From Oligoflexia bacterium (lineage in GTDB: Bacteria; Bdellovibrionota; Bdellovibrionia; JABDDW01), in NCBI GenBank assembly GCA_043732305.1, contig JAYTHU010000025.1, forward strand, positions 1 through 43,951: 43,951 nt of DNA, given 5' to 3'. The notes beneath the pieces were generated by a model, which had not been told where the DNA came from, searched no databases, and saw only the letters and a program-made list of their open reading frames with translations. Positions within the stretch are counted from its first letter, which is position 1; each line of letters begins with the position of its first letter. Below, in pieces: positions 28,540-36,655 of this stretch. The translations under genes and the position numbers were made by a program.

Positions 28540-29490
28540 ATGACATTTCAGGACGAAGGCATCAAATATTTCAAGATCCGACTTGCTTCCATGCACCCTC
28601 AACGGCCCATCACATTCGATATTTTTGTTCTTCTGAATCAAAAATTCGTTCATTACATGAGAGCCGGAAATGCTTTTGAGGGGGCTAAATTAGATAACTT
28701 CAAATCGCGCCGCGCCGATGTTTTTTATATTCGAGAAGAAGAGCGCGAAACTTATAAAAAATATATCAAAGAGCGAGTCGATGACTCAGGTCTCCGCGCT
28801 GATGAAAAAGCTTTGATTCTAAAAGAACACTCTTTTTCTATCGTTGAAGAACTTTTTGAATCTCCGCAAATCGATAAAGCTCTTGACGAATCAAAAGGAC
28901 TCATCGCGAATTTTCTCAATTTGATGGACTCCGAACCCACAGCCGTCGCGCATTTGATTGGTTTAAGCTCTCATGATTTCTACACTTACAATCATTCACT
29001 CGATGTTTGCATTTACTCTTTGGGACTGGCCATGAAAGCTGGAATCACAAAAAAAGATGAGCTCATGGATATGGGTCAGGGCTCTCTCTATCACGATATC
29101 GGAAAGCGAAAAGTTCCAGTCGAAATCATCTGTAAAAAAGGTGGTTTAGATGAAGCTGAATGGGCACAAATGAAACGTCACCCGCTTTACGGTCTACAGA
29201 TTTTAAATGATTTTCCTAACGTGAGTGATGCGATCAAAGCTTGCTGCTTTGAACATCACGAAAATCATATTGGAAACGGCTATCCTCAAGGCCTTAAATC
29301 TCAAGACATTCATCCCTTGGCGCGAATTGTGGCATTGACTGACACTTATGATGCACTTACTACCAAGCGTTCTTACAATACACCGATGACGCCGCAAGAT
29401 GCGCTCACGATGATGAAAGAAAAACTTGCGGGCCGTTTTGATCCCGACCTTTTGAACGCTATGTATAGCGTGCTCTTTAATCTAAAATAA
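28540..29490 (+). CDS. HD-GYP cyclic dinucleotide phosphodiesterase (RxxN variant)
   Basis: YTYNHS, YHDIGK, HHE...GNGYPQGL and DTYDALTTKRSYN. The start is moved to 28540 to avoid overlap with recG. Confidence 0.92.
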   Translation: MTFQDEGIKYFKIRLASMHPQRPITFDIFVLLNQKFVHYMRAGNAFEGAKLDNFKSRRADVFYIREEERETYKKYIKERVDDSGLRADEKALILKEHSFSIVEELFESPQIDKALDESKGLIANFLNLMDSEPTAVAHLIGLSSHDFYTYNHSLDVCIYSLGLAMKAGITKKDELMDMGQGSLYHDIGKRKVPVEIICKKGGLDEAEWAQMKRHPLYGLQILNDFPNVSDAIKACCFEHHENHIGNGYPQGLKSQDIHPLARIVALTDTYDALTTKRSYNTPMTPQDALTMMKEKLAGRFDPDLLNAMYSVLFNLK

Positions 29491-29512
29491 TTTTTATACT
29501 ATAAATCGAAAA

Positions 29513-29896
29513 CTAAGAGTGAGGTTCGTAGTCGGACTTTTTCTTGGAAATGATGTCGATCTCAGCAGTGATTTTAAATTTATGAGTTTCCGCGAACCGA
29601 CTAAATTCCTTCACTAGATCAATGTGATTGATCAAAGTTCCAATTTCTTTCCCCACACGTTGGACTAATTCTTCTTTGCCTTTGTTGGCACTGGTCAAAA
29701 TAAACTGCAAAACATCTTTGGGAAGTTTTAAATCCGCAAGTGCGCCGCGAATACTTTCTTCTGTCATGAATGCTGCACTTACTCCAACGGAGAACAATTT
29801 TTTAGCGGCGTCAATCAGTGGGATTCCGGAGAGAGGAAGGCCGGGCTTTATTTCTTCGTCATGAGCTGCGTCGTCGTGAGATTTTTTCTCGGTCAT
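29513..29896 (-). CDS. Hypothetical protein (amphipathic helical)
   Basis: ATGA overlap with the upstream gene; plausible composition. Confidence 0.7.
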   Translation of the reverse strand: MTEKKSHDDAAHDEEIKPGLPLSGIPLIDAAKKLFSVGVSAAFMTEESIRGALADLKLPKDVLQFILTSANKGKEELVQRVGKEIGTLINHIDLVKEFSRFAETHKFKITAEIDIISKKKSDYEPHS

Positions 29897-30324
29897 ACTA
29901 AGCCTTCTGCACGCTTCTGATAAGCCTTGAGCATGGAAGGAAGATTGACTTCAATCATTGTTTTTTCGATCATCTTAGGAACCAGCATACCAAATTTAGC
30001 TTCTATCTCGTAATCAACGTGAGTTTTTCCGTCACCCATGTCTTTTAGATTCCAACTTCCAGCGTTGTCTTTAAAAATTTCCCCGGTGTGAAATTTCCAA
30101 GTGAGTTCATATGGAGGCTTCGCCATAATCCAAATTTGATAGCGAAAACTCTTGATGACTTGCAATTCCATTTCGATAAGTTTTTTTTCTGGATTAGAAG
30201 CGTCGATAACGCTGACGCGTTTTACTTCGGGTAGAAATTCTGGATATTTACTGTAATCAGAAATGACCTGATAAACTGTTTTGATGGGCGCGTTGAACAC
30301 GCCACTGATACTTGCTTTACCCAT
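29893..30324 (-). CDS. SRPBCC/START-family protein (RatA/Coq10-like)
   Basis: VYQVISDYSKYPEFLP and GSWNL; SD GGAGG before the ATG at 30324. Confidence 0.85.
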   Translation of the reverse strand: MGKASISGVFNAPIKTVYQVISDYSKYPEFLPEVKRVSVIDASNPEKKLIEMELQVIKSFRYQIWIMAKPPYELTWKFHTGEIFKDNAGSWNLKDMGDGKTHVDYEIEAKFGMLVPKMIEKTMIEVNLPSMLKAYQKRAEGLV

Positions 30325-30342
30325 TTGCAATCCTCCGTATTG

Positions 30343-30636
30343 TTACTTCTTCTTAAATAATGCTTCAGCAGCGGCTACGGGGTCAAGTTTTGGTTTAGCA
30401 TCCACTTGGCCAGACGCTCCTCGAGAGGTAGGAATAAAGATTTCACAGAAATTTGCTTTTTCTTTATCAACCACGCGGTCCGCGCTGGATTCACGGCACT
30501 CATTATATGCTTTAGGATCATAAAATTCGCAGTTTTTGCAAACTTTCAAGCTCGTATAGCAAGAGAGGCATGAATCTCCGCGCCCCACAATTCCGCCAAT
30601 CACGGTATTGTCTTTTCCGCATTTAAAACAGATCAC
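30343..30636 (-). CDS. Cys-rich Zn-binding hypothetical protein
   Basis: CFKC, CLSC, CKNC.FYDP...CRE and NFCE; ends in AAEALFKKK. Confidence 0.8.
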   Translation of the reverse strand: MICFKCGKDNTVIGGIVGRGDSCLSCYTSLKVCKNCEFYDPKAYNECRESSADRVVDKEKANFCEIFIPTSRGASGQVDAKPKLDPVAAAEALFKKK

Positions 30637-30648
30637 GTCACTAAATCC

Positions 30649-31608
30649 TTAGAGAGGTTTTCTATCTAATCGATGTTGAGCAAAAACTTCGCGAATGGTC
30701 GCAGTTTTTGATCGCATCACTAAACTATGTGTGGTCGCGCGATGATCTTGATCGAATCTCACGCCCTTAAGAAGGTTACCGTCGGTCACGCCGGTTGCGC
30801 AAAACATAACGTCACCTTTTGCAAGATCAGTGATTCCGTAAACGCGATCGAACTGAGTGATACCCATTTTTTCTGCGCGTCTTTTTTCATCGTCTTTTCG
30901 AAAAATAAGTTGTCCTTGAAAGTCACCGTCGAGACATCTCAATGCGGCAGCAGAAATAACACCCTCCGGTGCTCCGCCACTTCCAAGAAGCAAGTCAACC
31001 CCCGCCTCTCCTCGGCAAGTTGCAATGGCCGCAGACACATCACCATCAGAAATAAGTTTGATGCGTGCTCCGCTTTGACGAACTTCAAAAATTAATTTTT
31101 CATGACGAGGACGATCCAAAATACAAACGGTCACTTCTTCAATATCTTTACCCAAAGCTTTTGCGACCGCGCGAATATTATCAATGGCCGGTGCTCTAAT
31201 ATCTACTTTGCCAACAGCTTTTGGTCCGACAGCAATTTTTTCCATGTACGTGTCAGGGGCATGCAAAAAGTTACCGCTTTCGGCAACAGCAATCACACTG
31301 ATCGCATTTTCACCACCGCGGGCAGTGATAGTTGTTCCTTCGAGAGGATCTAATGCAATGTCTACTTTTGGGCAGTCTTGAGCCACTCTACCAACTTTTT
31401 CTCCGATGTAGAGCATCGGAGCTTCATCGCGCTCGCCCTCACCAATAACAACAGTTCCATCTATGCGAACAGAGTCAAAAGCTCTTCGCATGGCATCGAC
31501 GGCTGCTTGATCGGCACGCTTTTCATCGCCACGACCCATAAATTTAGCAGAAGCCAATGCTGCAGCTTCAGTGATTCGAACAAACTCTAATGCAAGATTT
31601 CTATCCAT
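30649..31608 (-). CDS. glpX: Class II fructose-1,6-bisphosphatase
   Basis: VIGEGERDEAPML, DPLEGT, APDTYMEK, DRPRH, DGDV and GGAPEGV. Confidence 0.97.
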   Translation of the reverse strand: MDRNLALEFVRITEAAALASAKFMGRGDEKRADQAAVDAMRRAFDSVRIDGTVVIGEGERDEAPMLYIGEKVGRVAQDCPKVDIALDPLEGTTITARGGENAISVIAVAESGNFLHAPDTYMEKIAVGPKAVGKVDIRAPAIDNIRAVAKALGKDIEEVTVCILDRPRHEKLIFEVRQSGARIKLISDGDVSAAIATCRGEAGVDLLLGSGGAPEGVISAAALRCLDGDFQGQLIFRKDDEKRRAEKMGITQFDRVYGITDLAKGDVMFCATGVTDGNLLKGVRFDQDHRATTHSLVMRSKTATIREVFAQHRLDRKPL

Positions 31609-31644
31609 TATCGGAACTCCTTGTATTTGGTATCGGCTTGCAAC

Positions 31645-32271
31645 TTACTGTGCTTGCCAAGCTTCTTCAATGTGTTTCCGCATAGAAAACTCCATTTTTT
31701 GGGCCGCGACCTCAAAACCCCACTCCATAAGGAAAGCTGGCAACGGTGCTTTCCCGAGGTAATCCCCCTCCACAGAGGCCAGAGTGGATTCAGAATCACC
31801 CTCAATAGATTCCTCGATAATTGCACCTTTTGATCCCTTAAGAAAGCCACCAATCACAGCAAACTCAATCCGTTTTGTCTTGTCATCTTGGGAAATTGGC
31901 GTTTTGAATTCCACAGTTGTTTCAGCAGAAAAACCTAGAAAACTTGCTTTTGCCCAAAGTTGATTTTTACATTTGTCGAATCGAGATTCAGAAATGTAAG
32001 GGAGAAAATCACCATAATTTGAAAATTCTTGCGATTTTTCAAAAGTAAAATTGAGAGACGCGTCAATGCGGCCTGCACTGGTGTAAACGAGACGATGTTG
32101 TTTCCCCCCAGCGTCCTCAGACTTTGCTGAAACAATAATCTCGCGATCCTCAATGATACGTTTGAAAACAGCGGGCTTGCTTCGCCAAAACGGTGCATTG
32201 GCGAGCGCTTCACGGGAACGTGATAAAAAAACGAGAGCAAATAGAACTAGAAATAAAACTGTTCTCACCAT
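31645..32271 (-). CDS. Exported hypothetical protein, possible START/SRPBCC-like fold
   Basis: Signal peptide ending in ALA; the segment EFSNYGDFLPYI and a C-terminal helix resemble SRPBCC. Confidence 0.65.
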   Translation of the reverse strand: MVRTVLFLVLFALVFLSRSREALANAPFWRSKPAVFKRIIEDREIIVSAKSEDAGGKQHRLVYTSAGRIDASLNFTFEKSQEFSNYGDFLPYISESRFDKCKNQLWAKASFLGFSAETTVEFKTPISQDDKTKRIEFAVIGGFLKGSKGAIIEESIEGDSESTLASVEGDYLGKAPLPAFLMEWGFEVAAQKMEFSMRKHIEEAWQAQ

Positions 32272-32283
32272 AATCTGAAGTTA
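32271..32283. promoter_or_regulatory. Symmetric bidirectional leaderless promoter
   Basis: Top strand TAATCT-N6-ATG(32283); bottom strand TAACTT-N6-ATG(32271). Confidence 0.5.
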
Positions 32284-32849
32284 TGAAAGCACAAAAACTT
32301 CCGAGTTGGAAGAAACAACTTCCAAACACTATCACTCTTATTCGCATTGCGTTTGTCCCACTTGTGGTGTGCTGCCTTCTCAACGGTGACCCTAGGTTAA
32401 ATTTCTGGGGAGCAATGTTTTTTATTGTAGCTAGTGTAAGTGATCTTCTCGATGGCTACTTCGCCAGACTTTATAAAGTGGAATCTATTCTTGGACAACT
32501 GATGGATCCCGTAGCTGACAAATTGTTAGTCATGGCAGCACTTATCATGATGATTCCGCTAGGAAGAGTTCATCCAATTTTAGTTTTACTGCTCTTGTCG
32601 CGGGACATTTTTATTTCTGGTTTGCGAGCGGCAGCGGCGAGCCAAGCTCTCGTGATTCCGGCAGGTTCTTCGGGTAAATGGAAAACGGGAATGCAAATGT
32701 TCGCCATCCCTGCGCTGATGTTGAATCGTTATTTATTTGGAGTAAATCTTTTGAGCATGGGTCAGTGGTTGCTCGCGGGCAGCATGATTCTGAGCTTGGT
32801 TTCTGCCATTCAATATAGTTTCCTATTTTCAAAGAAAAATAAATTTTAA
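32283..32849 (+). CDS. pgsA: CDP-diacylglycerol--glycerol-3-phosphate 3-phosphatidyltransferase
   Basis: PNTITLIR, DLLDGYFAR...GQLMDPVADK, RDIFISGLR and GKWKT. Confidence 0.95.
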   Translation: MKAQKLPSWKKQLPNTITLIRIAFVPLVVCCLLNGDPRLNFWGAMFFIVASVSDLLDGYFARLYKVESILGQLMDPVADKLLVMAALIMMIPLGRVHPILVLLLLSRDIFISGLRAAAASQALVIPAGSSGKWKTGMQMFAIPALMLNRYLFGVNLLSMGQWLLAGSMILSLVSAIQYSFLFSKKNKF

Positions 32850-32863
32850 TCACGAAACATCTT

Positions 32864-33133
32864 GTGACGAATTCAGACTCTGGAAAAAACAGTCTATTTT
32901 TACGTATGAGCCCTGATTTTCAATGCCGGATTGATGAAGAATTATTTAGAACAAAATATCCGACGGTAGAATTCGGGGATCAATCACAATGCAATTCGTG
33001 TGAAGAACTTATTCAGAAGACTTGCGATAAAGCTCTCGAGTTTTATCAACCCTTCAATTCATGTTTCGCCTCCACTGACCCAGTATCAAGAGCGAGAAAA
33101 ACTCCAAGTAAGTTCCGTGGAAGACAAAATTAA
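32864..33133 (+). CDS. Possible small hypothetical protein
   Basis: 89-codon ORF in an otherwise empty gap; no recognisable motif or clear SD. Confidence 0.25.
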   Translation: MTNSDSGKNSLFLRMSPDFQCRIDEELFRTKYPTVEFGDQSQCNSCEELIQKTCDKALEFYQPFNSCFASTDPVSRARKTPSKFRGRQN

Positions 33134-33251
33134 ATTCATTAATCAATATTCATAATTTTGCGCAGGGATTTTTGGATTTTCTAGTTATTGATCGTAAATT
33201 TCCAACATCCTTAAATTGATGTGGAAAGGTTTTAGTATGCAATGCCTTGAG

Positions 33252-34223
33252 CTAAGTTTTTTCCCCAGACTCAGTTTTTAGCCACTGATACTGGCAGCCA
33301 TTACCAGCAATTTGAAGACGAGCATTTTGAATTGTCGATTTTAAAAGCGGTTTAATTACTGACGGATAATCAATAGTGTATTTCCAGCAACGGGAATTCT
33401 TGGTTTTCAGCTGCATTTTTTCGCGTACTTGCAGAGGCTGCAATTCGCTCAATATAGGGATGCAGCCAAATAAAGTTTGTCGATATTTGAATAATTCCAG
33501 CCAGCCGGAAACTGACGTGTCCTTTAAGAATCCATCTTTTTCCATGAGCTCATATACATGATCTTTCGGCTCAGTCGAAATTTCCATTCCCGTGTTACCA
33601 AATGTGTAGTGATAATCAAAATTCATGTCGAACCGAAATGTATTTTGGCACATCACTTCAAATGAATGTTCAAAGGTTTTTGCCTGTGCGAAAGCATACC
33701 CAATAGAGGTTTCACCTATGGTGAGAGGCAAAAAAATAGGTAAGCGCTGAAGCTCAGCGTCCCCCATTCCTCTTTCCTTCAAAGTGGCAAGAAGATCTGT
33801 GGAAAACGTCAAACTGATTTCGTTGTTCAGGTTTTCGAAATAGCAGGGATTAACCCGAAGAGATCTTAAAATGCCGTCAGCATAAGCTCTTCCGTATCGA
33901 CACACTAAATATTCAATAATGTGAGCAGAGCTTCTGACCCGGCTAAAAGCATCTCTCATGTACTTTTCAGGCAGTGAGTGACCTGCGCCAAAAAGGCAAA
34001 GTCTTACTTCAGACTTATTGTAGGTTCCATCGATAATGGAAGTGACGCTTGTTCCAAAGTGATGGGCCAAAAATTCGAGTTTATGATATTCTAAGGTCTC
34101 GCTGGGAAGTGACCAAAACTTTAGGATTTCAGACCGAGTACAACCGATCACTTCCGCCAGTTTGGTCAACGGAAGCCCGGTGTCTTTGACGAATCGAATG
34201 AGACATTCTCTAAGAGGATTTAT
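33252..34223 (-). CDS. XRE-type HTH protein with a C-terminal putative ligand-binding domain; probable ATA start
   Basis: The frame is open upstream of TTG(34169) as INPLRECLIRFVKDTGLPLTKLAEVIGC, which completes an XRE HTH. AGGA-N6-ATA lies at 34233-34221. Confidence 0.7.
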   Translation of the reverse strand: MNPLRECLIRFVKDTGLPLTKLAEVIGCTRSEILKFWSLPSETLEYHKLEFLAHHFGTSVTSIIDGTYNKSEVRLCLFGAGHSLPEKYMRDAFSRVRSSAHIIEYLVCRYGRAYADGILRSLRVNPCYFENLNNEISLTFSTDLLATLKERGMGDAELQRLPIFLPLTIGETSIGYAFAQAKTFEHSFEVMCQNTFRFDMNFDYHYTFGNTGMEISTEPKDHVYELMEKDGFLKDTSVSGWLELFKYRQTLFGCIPILSELQPLQVREKMQLKTKNSRCWKYTIDYPSVIKPLLKSTIQNARLQIAGNGCQYQWLKTESGEKT

Positions 34224-34231
34224 TTAAATTC

Positions 34232-34558
34232 CTAACTGATCTTAGAACTTTTGCTACCTTTGGTTTGCTTAAACAAACTTTCCGCTTCACTGATTGCAGC
34301 GACTCGGTAAATTTTTAAAATTCGGCTAAAATCCAAAGAAAGTTCTGAGACGATCCTGCTCAAAGCAGGTCGTGGTGCCATCACGGTACCATTTTCGATA
34401 CGCCCGTAAAATTGAACAGAAAATCCTAATTTTTTGACAATATCAAATTGGGATTTCTTTTGGCTCAGGCGATTCTCTCGGATGTAAATTCCTAGCATCT
34501 GGGCAAGCTCGGAATGATAGTTTTCATTCTTTTTGTTTCGTTTTTTCTTTTTAATCAT
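34232..34558 (-). CDS. XRE-family HTH transcriptional regulator
   Basis: LGIYIRENRLSQKKSQFDIVKKLGFSVQFYGRIENG. Confidence 0.85.
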   Translation of the reverse strand: MIKKKKRNKKNENYHSELAQMLGIYIRENRLSQKKSQFDIVKKLGFSVQFYGRIENGTVMAPRPALSRIVSELSLDFSRILKIYRVAAISEAESLFKQTKGSKSSKIS

Positions 34559-34625
34559 GGGTACCGTCCTTTTTGTAACTTCTTTTTATACAATATGAGA
34601 GATGAGTGCAAGTAGGATCGTCATG

Positions 34626-35210
34626 TTAAATTTCTTGAAGCCTGACTTGAAGTTCTCGGCGGTTGATTACACTGAAACTTTTTAACAAGACACCGATGTG
34701 GTACTTCACACCTTGTTCAGAGAGTTTCACCGCAATACCAATTGTTTTATTGGTTTTTCCATGAGCCACAAGCTCTAACACCTGAACCTGTTTGGAACTA
34801 AACCCCATCTTTTCCAATTCTTTCTTAAGTGGTTGTTTATGAACCCGCAAAGCCTGAGTGATCATACACTGAGAGTTTTTCTTTGAATCGCTAATAAATT
34901 CCAGCTTGCAGAACTGATAATGCTCATCCTTGGACTCGACAAGTGACGGACCCCTGTCAAAAACAATAAAATTGAGATCAGGCCGAGCATTTTTTACGAT
35001 AAAAAGCTCTTTTCTCCTCAGCAAAGAGGCATCTATAAAAATAGATTTTATTTTATTATTTTCGATATACTTTTTAGACTCTTCGAGCGACGATGACTCA
35101 AAAGTTCCATATCTCAACTGGCTTATTTTTTTAGCCAGCGCAGTTCTCAGCTCAAAATTTTCACTAATCACCAGGACATTACTGCCTTTAAGGAGTTCCA
35201 TCACCCACAC
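34626..35210 (-). CDS. LuxR-type HTH regulator with a degenerate receiver-like N-terminal domain
   Basis: FSSKQVQVLELVAHGKTNKTIG..VKLSEQGVKYHI. The N-terminus has a receiver-like pattern but lacks the acidic pair. Confidence 0.85.
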   Translation of the reverse strand: MWVMELLKGSNVLVISENFELRTALAKKISQLRYGTFESSSLEESKKYIENNKIKSIFIDASLLRRKELFIVKNARPDLNFIVFDRGPSLVESKDEHYQFCKLEFISDSKKNSQCMITQALRVHKQPLKKELEKMGFSSKQVQVLELVAHGKTNKTIGIAVKLSEQGVKYHIGVLLKSFSVINRRELQVRLQEI

Positions 35211-35306
35211 AACCCCTTCAACGCGTTAAACTTTTTTTATTAAGTGGCAAGCAAATAATTTCCGTCAACGGTAGATCTGAACTTTTTGCCTAGTTAAGAT
35301 TCACGA

Positions 35307-35335
35307 TTGACATCCCTGGCCATCATTTTTAGTAT
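35307..35335 (+). promoter_or_regulatory. sigma70-type promoter giving a leaderless transcript
   Basis: TTGACA, 17 nt, TAGTAT, 6 nt, ATG at 35342; no SD. Confidence 0.65.
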
Positions 35336-35341
35336 GACCCA

Positions 35342-36655
35342 ATGCGCACGTTTTTCGTATCAATTATTTTAGTAACTTTATATGTTACCTTTTCTGCGGC
35401 GGGTCAAAACGCTCCGGTAAATAAACCACTCTTAGCAGAAACTGACGAATATGAAGCACTCCACTTCTTAATGGAGATGGCGGCCGCACAAAAACAAATT
35501 TATGGAGCGCCTACCCCTCCTTTATCCATTAAAGATCTCGAACTGAGACTTTTAAACTCGGTGCATTCGCAAATCCTTATGAAAGCGAATTTGGTTAACG
35601 CTTCCTCATTTAAAGAAAAAACTACCAAATTTGTTAAAGACGAAGTGTTGCCGCGTCTCAATATCGTCGCCTTCGCTAAACTGGTGGCTCAAACAACTAA
35701 AATCCAGGGACCGCGGTTTGCAATCGTATTTTCGCTCTCCGAGGGTTTAGAGAAGTCCCTGTACTTTATTGGCGCGCGCCATCCGGATCTCATCATCTAC
35801 CTATTACCCATTATCTGGAGCCATGCGTTTGACGCTATCGCAGCAGGAATTTGGTTCGGAATCCCGGTTCTTAAAGCACAAATAAAAGGGTACCGGCAAT
35901 ACGGTGGAATTCTGCGCGGAGCTCCCCGCTACCGTGAATTTCTGACGATGCAAAAAGAGGAACTCCTCGTGGACTGGTATCAAGCCATTGACGTTCAAGC
36001 GATTGATGAAAACCGTGATGTGGTCATTCTTAAAACAAATTTAACAGAAAGACTAACTCCACAAAGCTGGCACAAGTTTATTCTGCCACATCGTTGGGTC
36101 CAAAGGCTGAGCACCCCCTCCATTTCCATCCGCGAACTGGAAGCAATAGCTAAAAAATCTGGAGTGCCTGTCCCGATTTTCAAGGACAAGTCCGTAACTC
36201 CAACAATTTATTCAAAATTGCTAATCAAAGAAATCATGATGACTATCAAGGGTGAGGCGCTACTTTCAAAATCCATACCGTCAATGAAAGTAAATACGGT
36301 GCCCTTAGACTCGCGTGAGATTTTATACGCCAAAAGTGCGAGCGATTTAAAAGAGCTTGGGGAATCAGCTTCAGCCTTAGCACGCAGATTGAGTTGGTTG
36401 ACTGAAAGCCTTGTCATTCACTTGCGTGAGAACCATTTTCTAGCGAGTGGCGAATACAAAGCATTAAGGTCGGTGGATAACCTCTGGAAGCGTGATCTCT
36501 TTGCGATTGCAGATACAAATTACGTGTCAAAAGACGAAGGCTATGAAGCGCTTCTGCAAACTAAAAATCAAATCAGATCCTTATTAAAAACAGTCGCAGC
36601 TTTTCCACGCTGCCTGGGAACACTAGAGAATTTAGCAAATTTAAAAATCTATTGA
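35342..36655 (+). CDS. Exported hypothetical protein with internal hydrophobic segments
   Basis: 437-aa ORF; signal peptide ending around SAA; hydrophobic stretches at about aa 125-180. Confidence 0.8.
   Translation: MRTFFVSIILVTLYVTFSAAGQNAPVNKPLLAETDEYEALHFLMEMAAAQKQIYGAPTPPLSIKDLELRLLNSVHSQILMKANLVNASSFKEKTTKFVKDEVLPRLNIVAFAKLVAQTTKIQGPRFAIVFSLSEGLEKSLYFIGARHPDLIIYLLPIIWSHAFDAIAAGIWFGIPVLKAQIKGYRQYGGILRGAPRYREFLTMQKEELLVDWYQAIDVQAIDENRDVVILKTNLTERLTPQSWHKFILPHRWVQRLSTPSISIRELEAIAKKSGVPVPIFKDKSVTPTIYSKLLIKEIMMTIKGEALLSKSIPSMKVNTVPLDSREILYAKSASDLKELGESASALARRLSWLTESLVIHLRENHFLASGEYKALRSVDNLWKRDLFAIADTNYVSKDEGYEALLQTKNQIRSLLKTVAAFPRCLGTLENLANLKIY

Noticed and set aside
32850..33250. tRNA gene or integration site expected after pgsA
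   Set aside because: I found no cloverleaf or T-arm motif, integrase or flanking direct repeat.
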